From positions 71,116,001 to 71,180,000 of the forward strand of contig NC_086097.1 in assembly GCF_963921235.1 (NCBI RefSeq): a DNA stretch of 64,000 nucleotides, in the 5' to 3' direction. The position numbers were made by a program, and so were the translations under genes. The notes under the pieces were generated by a model. The model saw only the letters and a list, made by a program, of their open reading frames with translations, was not told where the DNA came from and did not search any database. Origin of the DNA: Mobula hypostoma. Taxonomy: Eukaryota. Below, piece after piece: positions 38,150 through 51,400 of the stretch (within the stretch, counting starts at the first letter, position 1; every line of letters starts with the position of its first letter).

Positions 38150-38600
38150 AAGTCATTCAGCATGGAAACTCAGCTATTCAACCCAACATCCTATGCTGAT
38201 CAGCGGGCCCCATCTAATTTAATCCTATCTCTGTCTCCATTGCCTTCAGTAGTGTTCGATGTCCTGGTGACTGAAACACTTATCTAGATATCTCTTGAGT
38301 GCTGTTAGCAACTTTTATTCTACAAGCATTCTGCCAATACATTCTAGTTACTTGTCACTGTCTGGGTGAAGAAACACCCCCTTAGATTCCCCCTAAATTT
38401 CTTACCACTAACTCTGAGCTATGTTCTCAGTTTATTGTCCCTCTTTCTTTAAACAGTAGAGGGATAATTGCCACCTTCCAGTCATGGAAACAGGTCAATG
38501 ATGTTTTGGGAGATGATAACCAGCATATCCATTATCTCCAAAGCCATCTTTTTCAAAACTATAGGGTACAGGTCACTAGGGTCTGGTGCTTTATTGGGCT
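38150..38600 (-). mobile_element. Old CR1 3' remnant
   Basis: CTGGGTGAAGAAACACCCCTTAGATTCCCCTAAA (FRG.LRG.FFTQ on the minus strand). Confidence 0.55.
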
Positions 38601-39861
38601 CATTTTCATGATCATTTCCAGTAGTAGGGTTTAATTACAGCTGATTTTTTGCAGCTCATTTTTCTATATATACCAGTTAATGTCCCAGAACGACTGTGTG
38701 TTCTATGAACGTCTACATGAGATCAATATTAATTTTTTTGCTAATCTTTCCATTTTGCATATACTGATTATGGAGATTGTATAGCCTGTTTTTGTGTTTC
38801 ACATTAGTTTACACCTGTATTCAGTTTTCTCTTCCCTTATCCAAGTTTTCGATTCCGTTTGCTAAATTTGGACTTCCTTAGCTGAGATATGTGCACTACT
38901 CAAACACCTTGAGCATCTTTATGTTTATCTATGTTTATCTGCCTTCCACAGCACTAAACTAAGGATTTTACTCCCTACGTTCTACACTTACAGTAGGTTT
39001 TAAGATGCATCTTCATGGTGGAAACCTAATTCTTTGAACAAGCTTTTGGTCATCTGACCTCATACAGGTCCTCCCAGGTTACTACAGGGTCCTATTCCTG
39101 ATAATTGTCTGTAACCTCAAACAATTCACAAGTCAGAAATGTTGCCGTACTCCAAAGCAAAAACAAGAGCCACATGTGGCTAAAGCAAAGCTTTCAGCTC
39201 AACCATTCAGGTATTGTCGAGTGCCAGCGGAGGATGACTGCAGCCCCACAGAACCCAGAAAAACCAATCCACTCCTTCCCAAACACTTGCTCATATGTAC
39301 GGCCTGTACATTAGATGGGCCGTGGTCAATCAAAATAGAATTATTTAACTGACAGCATGCTCTCCAGGGGAATTGCACTATAATCACATCACCTGGTGGA
39401 ATTAGTAAGGAAAAGAAAAAATAAGTCTCTCTTTCCTCAAAACCTCCTCCAGGTAAGCAGCCAGCAGCTATGATGAATTGAGAAAATGGAGTCATTCAGT
39501 ACTATCTGCTGACTTTGATTTTCACTTCATTTCATCAAACTAGGCTGCATTTCATAAAGAGATGTTGACAATAATTTTGGTACTGAGCCTCCTAAGGTAA
39601 ACAGAGAAATTGCAAACAATATGTATCAAGGTACAAAAAAGAGTCAGACAAGTGGATGATGTAATGAGGAGGAGGAAGAGATCCTAAAATAAGTCTGACA
39701 CGTATTATTGCAATTGCAGGCCATGTACATGCCAAATGAAAACTGTTGGGATGAAAAGCCCATGCATTTCCATTCATGATTGCCCCCATGTAAAAGCGCT
39801 GGGAGACAACATTATTCATTGTACACCTACAGTGCTCCAAAAGTAGCAGTGCACTAGGAAT

Positions 39862-40115
39862 TAGACCATAAAGCATAGGAGCAGAATTAGGCCACTTGGC
39901 CCTTCGAGTCTGCTCCACCATTCTTTCATGTCCAATTTATTGTCCATCTCAATGCCGTTCTCCTGCCGTCCCCCTGTAACTTTTGATGCCCTGACTAATC
40001 AGCAACCTATCAATCCCTCGCTTTAAATATACCCAATGACTTGGCCTCCACAGCTGTCTGTGGCATTGAAGTCCACAGATTCACCACCTTCTGGCTAAAG
40101 CAATTCCTCCTCATT
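39862..40115 (-). mobile_element. CR1 LINE 3' fragment
   Basis: CATAGGAGCAGAATTAGGCCA tail; MRRNCFSQKVVNLW on the minus strand. Confidence 0.8.
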
Positions 40116-40302
40116 GAATAATGCCATATTGTGGAACCATGATGCAAATGTTATAAATTACTAATCAGAATATCTCACACAGGAAGCACACAGTTGAATG
40201 TCACAACTGGCACAATTGAACAAAAATGGCTCCAAATGCAAATTACTCTGGTTAAATAAACATTCGAGCATACAATTTCTTGCCATTTATTATCTGTTCA
40301 TG

Positions 40303-40513
40303 CTGGCTGGTGGCGTAATGGCATCAGCGCCGGACTTCGGAGCGAAGGCTCCCAAGTTTGAATCCAGCTGGCTCCCTTGCACACTTTCCATCCGTGCTGG
40401 GTTGAGCATCGAGCTAGCAACTCGGCCTCGTAAAAATTAGGAAGCCTGCTAAAAAAAGGACGTCATGACGGCGTCTCGATGACTCCACTTGGTTAAGGGC
40501 TTTCTTCTTCTTC
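40303..40513 (+). mobile_element. tRNA-derived SINE with RTE-like body and (TTC)n tail
   Basis: A box TGGCGTAATGG, B box GTTTGAATCC; perfect 15-bp duplication TATTATCTGTTCATG at 40288-40302 and 40514-40528. Confidence 0.9.
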
Positions 40514-41101
40514 TATTATCTGTTCATGTCCTAAGAAACTTACATTTTCTCAATTCGTTGAAATGTTTCTAACAATTTGTAAACATTAAAGAACAATTAA
40601 AAATCTTGCATAAAAGCTGTTTCAATTTTATTGCAGAATCCATGTTAAATGAAGCAGGGATCGATTCAGAATTCAAGGAATGCACAGGAAGCCTGTCTAG
40701 ACAGTGGACTTGAATCATACAGGTACAATTCCGAGACCTGAGCACCTATCATGAGCAGTGGGGTAAATTAATATTTTGCACACCAGTAATCACAATGATG
40801 GTAACAGTATAATTAGGTTCAACAGCTCTCTGTGATAGTCATCTCTCCATCATGTTAATGGCAAACATCTACTCAGTGTTTCAGGTGAACCATATCAACA
40901 TCCGCAGCACACTTCTTCCTCCTCCTCTTCCTACACTGCCCTCCCCCCGACTCCCCCGTACTTGCCATCCCCCTCACTCCTCCTCCATTGTTGCATCACA
41001 GTTGACCTCTATCTCCATTGTTAAATTTGTGGTACTGGGAAGCTGGGTGGCTGTAAATAACATGCACAAGAGACAGAGAGGTGAGAAACAAACATGCAGC
41101 T

Positions 41102-42345
41102 TGTAATTTGATTATCCGGAATGCCCTATCATATTACGTTCCATACGTAACACACAGGGAAGCTTGACAGCAATTTGTAAGGGTCGAAATATACATGAAT
41201 ACATAACATATCCCTCTCCCCTCATTTTAAATGTTTCTCCCATCTTCCCATACACAGACCAGCTGCTGAACTATTAACATTCAATATTAATCAGCAAATT
41301 CAACCAACAACTAGGGAAACTAGGGAAAGAGGGTAGACTGCCTCTATTCCCAGACATACCCAGGGGATTATTCTGCCCCATGTGCTGATGGTTAGTCACT
41401 AAACTGGAGATTCAATCTGTCCGGCTTGTTCCTGTTAGGATACTGAACTGGGGATGACACAAAAGACATTTTATCTCTTGGTGGTGTTCTTATAGATCTT
41501 GGCTTGGCTACCTCATTGCCAGTAGGGGGTGCTTCAGAGAGCACAGGTGATGGGGGAGCACCGGCTGTGTCATGTGACCTTCATGGAGCTTCTGCAGTCG
41601 TTGCCACAGAATCCTGTTCCATTTCTACAACTGGATCTGCATTGGACTGTTTGTGTTGGTTTTCAGTAGCCTCAGAAGTGGGCAACAATGGATCAACATG
41701 CCTTCTCCAGATATTGTGGTTATTGGTTCCTACTGCGTACAACACAGGACTAGTTTGTGTCTCCACCAGTGCAGGGATCCACTTTGCATGTCCTTGGAAC
41801 ATTAGAGGAAATTTCACCACTCACCCATGTGGACATGGAAGCTCAATATATACAGCACCAGAGTCAGGACTGAAGCTAGGTTGCTTGAGGTATGATTCAG
41901 CAGCTCTATTAGCTGTCCCAACGAAGACAAGATCCCTCTCGTGTATAAGCTTGCCTTTTCAACACAATTCAACATCTGAGATGTTCCAAGAACATCATCT
42001 CCAAAATGCTTCCTGTCCACATTGGTTTGGGCTTAGGATCAGTTGTGTTACTCTTCGTGATCCCTCGCCATTATTATCTTCGACATGTGTAACTAGAAGT
42101 AAATTTATGATTCAATTCAATAATCCAAATACAACCTTATCAGCTCACTGTTAAATTCAACATGACCTCTGAAAGCCCGAATGATGCACTCACTGTCCCA
42201 CTTCACAGAATTCCATGAACTTTTATTTAAATGCTCCAACTTGTTGTTTAGTTGCTTCCGCCAACAGAAATTTATCATTTTGCTACATGTGTAGATTGTA
42301 ATTTTTGAAGAATGAGACATGGGGAAAAGTATGTAAGAAATCATT
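41102..42345 (-). mobile_element. Decayed Gypsy 3' portion (pol remnants, PPT, short LTR)
   Basis: Integrase C-terminal KWIP..V....SPVLYAV....IWRRHVDPL (ORF 41581-41820), YPNRNKPDRL; PPT GAGGGGAGAGGGA followed by TGTTATG at ~41208 on the minus strand. Confidence 0.65.
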
Positions 42346-42507
42346 TGTGAGTCAAGTTCAAGTCTTGGGACTAACCACTAAATCTATTGCTAGCTTGTAC
42401 AGATTTCCATAATGTCACAGTACATGCTGATACCAAAGAAATGGCATACATGCTTATGGTTGAAATTGTCCTGCTGGAATAATACATCAAATGGCTCTGT
42501 ATTTGCA

Positions 42508-42805
42508 ACACGGTTAGTGCAATCCCTTTGGAGTGCCTGGGACCACTGATTGGGGTTCGATTCCTGCCGTTGTCTGTAAGGAGTTTGTACCTTCTCTCCG
42601 TGACCCTGTGGGCTTCCGGCGGGTGCTGCTTTCCTCTCACAATCCAAACACACACAAATAGGGGTGAGTTGTCGCTACGTTAGCGCCAGATCTGTGGTGA
42701 CACTTTTGGGCTGCCCCCAGCACAGTACTCACTGATTTGATTTGACACAAAACAATGAATTTCACTTTATGTTTTGATGGACATGTGACAAATTAAGCTA
42801 ATCTT
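42508..42805 (+). mobile_element. V-SINE-like element
   Basis: B box GGTTCGATTCC, V-domain GGAGTTTGTAC.TTCTC.CCGTGACC, LINE-like tail ATGTGACAAATTAAGCTAATCTT. Confidence 0.75.
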
Positions 42806-43459
42806 GTGCTACAGACTACAGAACCTGGGAATAGGTACAAACTTGGAGGGGAGAAGGTACGCTATAACTGTAGATATAAATTGGAGATACAGGTAGTAAT
42901 TCTTTTATGCAATATTCTACTCAACAAGACAAACGAAAACAGATATTCTTTGAGAAGTGAGCAGATATGCAAAGGAAAGGAACCATGACTAGCCACATGC
43001 AGGGCAGAGTCTTTGTCTTCTCTTAAACTATCCCAAACATAGTTTATCCACAATACATGTTTACCACAATCCTTTAACTTTTGCTGTTAAGCAGCTTATT
43101 GGTTGGTGAAAGTAGTAGTAATTTACTCATAACACCTGGAAGGTTGACAAGCCAACTCCAAACAATGGATAGATATAGCTGTAAACAAATCTTACAATAA
43201 TTAAACTTTTTTTCAATTCAAGAACGCATTGTGAATCAAGTACCAGCAACAGCTTGGCATAACTTCAGACACAGCACTGGATATTGTAGCATGTATACAG
43301 TGTGGTTGTTTTAAAGAGTTTGGCGAGATTACACAATACCAACACCAGGAGACAAAGGACCAAGCTGAGAGGAGGGAAGGGGAACAGAATAGTTTAGGTT
43401 CAACTGCCTGATCTTGCTGGATTTCATAAAACACAAGCGTTCTCGAAGAATATTGCATC

Positions 43460-43605
43460 TTTTTTTTCTCCAGTCCTGCAGAAGGGTCTCAGCCTGAAAC
43501 GTCGACTCTATTCTTTTCTATAGATGCTGCTTGGCCTGCAGAGTTCCTTCAGCATTTTGTGTGTGTTGCTTGGATTTCCAGCATCTGCAGATTTTCTCTT
43601 GTTTG
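43460..43605 (+). mobile_element. Penelope pseudo-LTR tail with variant hammerhead core
   Basis: AGTC-CTGCAGA-AGGGTCTCAGCCT-GAAAC-GTC-GACT (43472-43507) plus the family tail. Confidence 0.85.
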
Positions 43606-44679
43606 TTCATGGATTTCATGCTCATTTTAAAGGTCCCAAACCATTTATATATCGCTCTAGTTTTTAAATCACACCTTCTTTTGCACTAAAATACACACTA
43701 ACATTCTCGAAAATAAGAGAAACTGATGCAACTGGGACAATAAGATTGAAACAATGTTGACAGGAAAGACACAGCAGCACCAGCCTGCTAGCAAACTGCT
43801 TATCCACATAAGTTTGCTGCAACTACCAACTCTGTGGTTTCTTTGCCAGCTCAAGTTCCAAACTTGAGTGCGGATTTTTCCAAGTGGACCTGTTGCCACA
43901 CTCCCCAATCTGCCTTCTCTGGAAATAGAACATGGATACCCTGACCAGAAGCAGGTCCTCTGACAACAAGGCAGGCTGATGTCACTAGCCTTTTTAAAAT
44001 ATTTAAAAATATTCAAAGGGAAACTTTTTAAAAAAATGATCATTGTTTTAAAAGTATTTCGGAGTCTGCTTTCCTGCGGGGAGTCCTGAAATATATTGGC
44101 CCTTCCACTGAAAGGTGCCAGATCCACGCAAAATGGTTTGGGTTTTATCACCCACAGTATCAGTGACTGTGTTTACCTGCAACTAACAGTTTAAATTTCT
44201 CCCACCCTCAGGGCAGTTTTCTTCTTCCCTGGACAACATCTGGCTCTAGTCAGAAGTCCTGACTGAAGTGTAACTCATTGGCCACTCTTACATTTTATTT
44301 GAAATTCTCCCACCCAAATCGTATTTATCTTCTCAACATTCTCTACAGAACGTTCCTCAGCACAGCTTATGCCTCTTCTGTAGAGAATGAATGTTTCTGC
44401 TGTATAAATCTTTCCCCAACCAATGTTGTTGTTTGACTTTCAGCTTTCCTTTCCAAAAGAATCTTAACCTGAGTTAGTGAGGATTGCCTTTTCACTGAAT
44501 CTTTCAATGTCACATTGTGGTCACTGCCAACAAGTGATCAGGAAAGATTAGAAGATGACACCTCATCCAATATTCTACCACTCAGTGCTTGCTCCCCACC
44601 ACCACTGTTCCAGCTCACCTGCACCCTACCTCTCTAACGTACAGTAGACAGCTCATTCTGTCAGTCCACATTTGTGGGG

Positions 44680-45390
44680 CAGAATGGTTACAACATGGCT
44701 GAAGGCCATTGAGTCCACAAAGCTCTAATTAACAATAATCCTGCTAGCCTCACACCAGCCCTTACTCCATAGCTTTGCAAATTCTTTACTTTCAGACATT
44801 TATCCAGCTTGCTTTTGAATGCTACAAATTGAATTGTCCTCCAATATTATTCATGACAGTCCATTCTAGCCACAAGCTACCCACTGCATACACATTTTTT
44901 CCCCAATTGCTTTTTGGGTTCTTTTGCTAATAATCTTCAGTCTACGTGCTCTGTTATCCAATTCCTCCACCAATGGAAATACTTTACGTCTAGTAAGTCT
45001 TTCATGCACTTTTCAATTTAATTACATTTTTAGATCTCTTTACAGCCTCCTATGTTGAAAGAACACTGTCATATTCACAGAACAAAAGACCAGAGCTCTG
45101 AAATGATTTGCTAAATTTCTTATAAACTGTCTCCAAATCCTTCAAGTCTTTTCCAGGGCATCATACCTAAAACTGGTCACAATACATTAGGAATGCATGA
45201 ACTAGTGATAAGCATTTGTCATAACTTCCTTGGTCTTACACTCTATCTCTGTACTTAAAAGCTTCTTTTAAACTTGTCTGTCCACTATCAACAAACTATA
45301 CACAAATTCTCCTTAATCACATTGTTTTTATTTCCCCTTTAAAATCAGGCCCTCTAGTTTATAATTGCCTCTTCTCATTTTTCCTGCCAA
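44680..45390 (-). mobile_element. Old CR1 remnant
   Basis: Degenerate CR1-type 3'UTR and RT traces on the minus strand. Confidence 0.45.
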
Positions 45391-48300
45391 ATACTTTATA
45401 TTTCTTAGTATTAAAGAATAAGATTCATTATACACAGTAAAATTCTTTGGAATAAATACAAGCAATTCTCAGACACTATGATGGAATAAGATTGCAATGC
45501 ACAAGAAAGTCTTCCTTTGGTCAATGTTAACAACACACTAAAATGAGTGCATGACAGCTTCGTTGCAGAGATTTGGAAAGAATTTTCTCTTTTGTTAATA
45601 ACAAAACTCCATATAGTCAATTGTGTGCTATTGTATTCTATCAAAGAATGTACCCTTTTCAAACCTCATGCCTTAATCAAACCATCTTATTATTAACAGA
45701 ATAATTGCAGTCTAAGTTTTGCTCAAAGATAAAGGAAGCAAAATATGTGATTGGTTTTGAAACAAAATATTATTTTTCCTATTCTTAGTACCAAGATTAG
45801 ACAATTCTTACAAAAAAAGTCATAAATAAATCAGTACATTTTAATGAGAAGATAGTGCCCCTTCCTTCATTAAAGGTATCAAACGGAAATCATCAAAATT
45901 TCTTATATATCACACGAACTGTGGGACTCCAGTAACCCATTCACAACAAGTGTTGTTTGTACTTGTTCAACATTGGTTTTAGAAGTGACATATCAATGAC
46001 CTAATGTAAACTGCAGAGCAGGAAGTTTCTGCTTAAGGTTGCCATTTGGGCTTAATCTTCCTATTCTTTGCGAAACAGCTGGAGGAGACTTGGTACCCAA
46101 AAGAGGGATGTGGACTCGGCTGGAAATCTCAGGATCAATTAACTGTGGGGTAGCCATTCAATGTCCACTCAGTAAGCTGAAAGGACAAGAATATGTTCAA
46201 GAAGTGTGTGCGGTACAAAGAAGATTAAGTAATAAGAACTGAATTTCATGGAATTATTGTATAATTAAACCTAAATAAAACACAGGATTGGATGCATTAG
46301 GATTAAGTACATGAATTGCATCTAATATTTTAAGTGGAAATGTTTGACAATGAGAAATGGAGCAACATAAGTGGAATCTGGGTACTATAAATCGATACAC
46401 ATGATGAAATGTATTTTCAGTTTCTACCCTTCATTTTTCACGGTTGATTAAGTTCTTTTTCTGGGTACATGTATTTGGCGCTCTGCACTCTACTTACTAT
46501 GTGTGTGGCAGAAGTTTATCTGCTGTCCCTGGATATTAAACTTCCACTATTATTTGGCCTTCTATCATGCTCATCGCATAAATCTGGCTTGAAGCCCATG
46601 TAAAAACGTTTGTACTTAAGAGTGGCCTTTCAAGTACAAAGTTGAAAAATCTGCTGTGGTTTCTAGTTACATTTAAACTCCTATTTGACCACTGTGGTAA
46701 TTTGAATGCAGCATCAACAGGTTCAGGAGCCTTATAGAATTAAGAGGCTATCACTTCCCTGAGGAAAATGAATGCACTTGCATCAGCATTGAGTGTCAAA
46801 CTTAAAAGCCAGACTCTACTTAGTGACTAAATCTGTTCTGAGCATAAGGTGTTAAATTGAAGGTAGGCAGCATTGCTTGAAAGATTATAATCAAAGACTC
46901 ACATTTACTAGTTTGCATTAAAAACAGATAACTAAAAACACAAAGATTTTTGAAGTGTAAGGTGTTCATCCACTGACATATATATTTCAGCAAATTGGCT
47001 GAATTTAATGTGCTGAAGAGCAGGCTTCAGCCTAATTACATGCATTATAGCTGCAGAAGTGACCACAGCTCTCGGAGTCTTTGTAAAGACCACAGAAATA
47101 AAGTGAATAGTAGAAAAGCTTGATGGCATCTGTGGATAGGAAACTTATTAAAAACCTCAACCCTTTTTTTATATCCAACCACATTTTCCCTGTGGGTTTT
47201 CAATGTCTCACAGAATAAAGACAGCAGGGCTCATTACCCGGAGTGGGGTGTTCAGAGCTCTGATGGTGCTGGAATGTCTCTGTTAGTCAGGTAAAAACCT
47301 ATCCACCTCGGCACAATGGCTGACCACTTCAGAGGGTGTTTGGAAATGTTAGGCTTTTGAATGTAACTGCAGGTGTTGTTTCCCAAAGGCTCTAAAGGCA
47401 GCCCACAAATGAAGAAACTAAAAAGCACTCTGGAATGTGTGCAAGGCTTGGGAGGAAATCTAGTGATGGAAATACAATTTATTTCTGCTAATTATACCTC
47501 CCTACCATGATTAACGCAATGTTAAAGATGAGGAAAATCTGCGTGAAATAATAAATTCAATGTCTTTCAGACTCCTGCTGTGATGATGTCTCTCTGCCAG
47601 TGTAGGAACAAACTGAATGATCACACGCAGCTGGTGTTTGAAACAACAGGCAACTTATTAAAAACTGGCGCGCACCAGGAGACCAGTCAAAACTGACCTA
47701 CCTGGACACGAATTTGGTACAGCTTTTACATTCTCAGTTGATGAGATTACCAGCAAAAATGCATTTTAATAATAGAATGGTGGCTACAGGAGATTTTAAT
47801 TAAGTAATGGACTAGGTCCTGATTACAGAATAAAATGATTGTCCACAGGTCTAACAGTAAATCCAATTTTTGTCTTACAACAATGGGTGCATAATTAATG
47901 AAATGCCTGAACCTTGGACGTCATCACAGCTACATTCCATATCTCTACTCCTCGGCTTTGTTTGTGCTTCCCTGTTACCATATTAGCACAATCCACCTCC
48001 CTATTTACTAGTTATTAGTTTCTAGGCCTCACTGTTCCTTCCACTACAACAGCCAGAAATTTGTTTCCTCACTTCGGAATGCACTTAAATGTGTTGAGAA
48101 TTTATGGTAATTTATAAGAAAGAAAACTGTTATTCTACTCCAATGTTTTCTTCCTGCAGTAGGATTTAACATGGCCGTACCAGAAGAAAGCCACAGTGTT
48201 TGCTAATTCAAGTTCAACAGGATGAAAACTGGTTAAACTGCTACCATTAAGAGAGTGGAGCAAGTGGGACTTTTGTTTTGCTTTCTACAATTGTTTATTT

Positions 48301-49084
48301 TCTCTTGTCCATTGCTTTCCAGAAATATTGATGTGAATATTATGAGCAACTCTTCAATAAAGCTAACCATATGCTTTACAATATTTCACTGACTTCAAAA
48401 TGGAGAGGACACTGGCACTAACTTTAATCATTTGTGAGGGCACATTGACCCACTTCTACAAACTGCTGGACATTGTCTTAGTTTGGACCGATATTGTTTC
48501 CCTTGTTTTGTTGCATCTGGAAGGATCTTTCAAATGTTCTTCTCAAGTTCAAGCTCTGGACAAAATTATCCTATTTGCAATGCTTAAAATATTTGGTAGT
48601 TTTAGTACTGCTTCCAAAACTGCAAAGATTTCAACGTTGCATATTCCAAACTATTTTACTGCTGTAGTGTCCCAGAACTTTAGGTTTATCTGTTACAGTA
48701 ATCATACCCAGTTATCAGCCTGGTTTTACCTATGTGCAGGGAATATACCCAATACAGATATTCTGACAAGCAGATTCCAACTAAAATGGATGTGCTGTTG
48801 AAAGATAAGTGACTTCATTTGAGTCACTTATGCAGTTTATCAAGTTTCAAATTAACTTCAGGTATTTGACTGGGTCAGTCATGGTTAGAATGGGAGAAAA
48901 TGAGAAAGGAAACCAAAACTGGATTCAAACTGTGGGAAGGAGGAGTGACACGTGTATTCCTGAGCTTGATGGATGATTGTACTGTATGAAGTTGGTGAGG
49001 GATGGGTACTCAGTTTGGACCGATCTCAAAAGATTGCAGCCTCTGCTAGAGGACATCCAGTAGGCTGAGATGAGGCAAGTCTAA

Positions 49085-49340
49085 AGGTGGTAGATTTTTT
49101 AGACAGAGTGGTAAGTGCATGAAGTGCGTTGCTGGGGGTAGTGGTAGAGACTGATCTGTTAGGGATATTTAAGAGGCTCTTAGACAGGCACATGGATGAA
49201 AGAAAAATGGGGGATTATAATGGGGGTTATAGGTTGTATAGGAAGGAAGGTTTAGATTGGCCGTGGTGTAGATTAAAAAGTTAGCACAACTTCATTGGCT
49301 GAAAGGCCTGTACAGGGCTGCCCTGTTCGATGTTCTACAT
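49085..49340 (+). mobile_element. CR1 LINE 3' fragment
   Basis: FF.QRVVSA.NAL-like motif; GGCTGAAAGGCCTGTAC...TGTTCGATGTTCTA tail. Confidence 0.75.
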
Positions 49341-49549
49341 CTCCTGGTAGTAACTCATAAACAGGCCAAGTGCTTGGTGATATAGCTGGGAACAGGTGGA
49401 GAAGAAAATAGTAGGCTTCAAATCTGGGAAAGGAAGCCCTTTCAACAGTAACATACTGTATATTGTAAAATAACATATATTGCGCATGAGCCAATACTTA
49501 TTTCTGGAGAGTCACCTACAGCGCATTGGAAATGTTTTTCCAAACATTT

Positions 49550-51400
49550 ATCTGCTGAACCAGAGTGCAGAGGGCCCAGAATGAATTCCGTTCACGGCAA
49601 CCACCTATCAGGGTATTCATGGATGACCTCACAGTCACCACAGAATCAGTCCCAGGCTGCCGGAGGATTCTGCAAGGGCTCGAAAAGCTGGTGGAGTGGG
49701 CCCGGATGTGTTTCAAACCCGCCAAATCAAGATTGATGGTGCTGAGGAAAGGGAAGGTGGAGAACAAGTTCCGGTTCAGCATCGCAGGCACAGCCATCCC
49801 AACCATCACAGAAAAGCCAGTCAAGAGCTTAGGCAAAGTTTTTGACAGCTCTTTAAGGGACACAACATCCATTCAGGCAACCTGCACTGAGTCGGATGGC
49901 TGGCTGAAATCTGTGGACAAGTCTGGCCTACCTGGGAAGTTTAAAGCCTAGGTGAATCAGCATGGCATTCTTCCCAGAATCCTGTGGCCCCTCCTCGTCT
50001 ATGCAGTTCCGATCTCGACAGTCGAAACCTTAGAGAGGAGGGTTAGCAACCACCTCAGGAGATGGCTGGGGCTGCCAAAGAGCCTGAGCAGCATCGCACT
50101 CTATGGACACCACAACAAACTGCAACTGCCCTTCAAATCCTTGGAGGAAGAATTCAAGGTAACAAGAGCCAGAGAAGTGCTACAGTAGAGGGACTCAAGT
50201 GACCCGAAGGTGGCTAGAGCAGGGATCCAAGTAAGTACTAGCAGGAAGTGAAGGGCAGAGGAAGCTGTTCAGGAGGTAGAAGCGAGGCTACGTCACAGGA
50301 GGCTGGTGGGAGTGGTCACACGAGGCCAAGCTGGGCTAGGATCCTTTCCAACTCCCCAAATGGACACCAGAGGGAAGGAAAGGCATCGTCTAGTTCAGGA
50401 GGAGGTGAGAGCAGTAGTGGAGGAGATGAGTGCCTGCAAGGCGGTGGGAATGAAGCAACAGGGAGCTTGGACAAGATGGGAGAATGCGGTTGAGAGGAAA
50501 GTGACCTGGGCTGATCTTTGGAAAGCCGAACCACAATGCATCCAATTTCTCATCCAGGCAGTGTACGATGTGCCTCCAAGCCCATCAAACCTGCACACAT
50601 GGGGCAAGGCAGAGTCATCTGCGTGCCCACTGTGCTCCAAGCGAGGAACTCTGGAGCACATCCGCAGCGGCTGTGCAAGGGCACTTGGTGAGGGACAGTA
50701 CAGGTGGAGGCATGATCAGGTCCTGAAGACCATCGCTGAAGCCATCAGCGCAGGAGTTGAGTGGGCGAAGCGGTCCCGACCCTCCAAGCATACCATTGCC
50801 TTTGTCAGAGCTGGGGAGCAGCCAATACCTGCCAGAAGAACATCTGCAGGCATTCTGACCTCTGCAAGGGACTGGCAGCTGAAGTTCCCCAACCATATCA
50901 CAGCCACCACCCTGTGACCAGACATTGTCCTAGTGTCTGAGTCTACTAAGCAATTGGTGCTGCTGGAGCTGACAGTCCCATGGGAAGATAGCTTGGAGGA
51001 GGCCTTTGAAAGGAAGATCTCCAAGTACGCAGGACTGGTCAGCAACTGTCAGCAGGCTGGATGGAGAGCGAGTTGTCTCCCAGTGGAGGTTGGTTGTAGG
51101 GGATTCGTAGCCCGTTCTTTAGTTTGAGCCTTCAGCATTTTGGGCATCGAGGGAGAGAGGAAGAGGAGACCCATCCGCAGTACCACCGATGCAGCAGTGA
51201 GGGCCTCAAGATGGCTGTGGCTCAAGAGAGGGGAGCCATGGAGTAATAAGTAGCTAGCCATCTGGACACAAGCTGGGGTCTGATCAGCCCTGGCTGGGTC
51301 ACCTGGACGAGGTTGTATGATGTTGAAAGACCCGAAACACCCGATGATTCCAGGAAAATCACTGAAGATGTGTCCAGGAGCATCAATAGATGTATGTACA
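49550..51400 (+). mobile_element. 5'-truncated HERO/NeSL-type non-LTR element (RT C-half, CCHC, restriction-like endonuclease)
   Basis: PPIRVFMDDL, WARMCFKPAKSR, LPGKFKA, CPLCSKRGTLEHIRSGC, WRHDQVL, PDIVL..LELTVPWE..ERK..KY; several stops. Confidence 0.9.

Noticed and set aside
40303..40375. Functional tRNA gene
   Set aside because: Stems do not pair well, and it continues into a SINE body and tail bounded by a TSD
47579..48050. Possible solo LTR (TGTG…TACA)
   Set aside because: No target duplication or second copy found
51310..51380. Hammerhead in the HERO 3'UTR (GAAAC and CTGAAGA motifs)
   Set aside because: I could not build consistent stems I-III around the motifs
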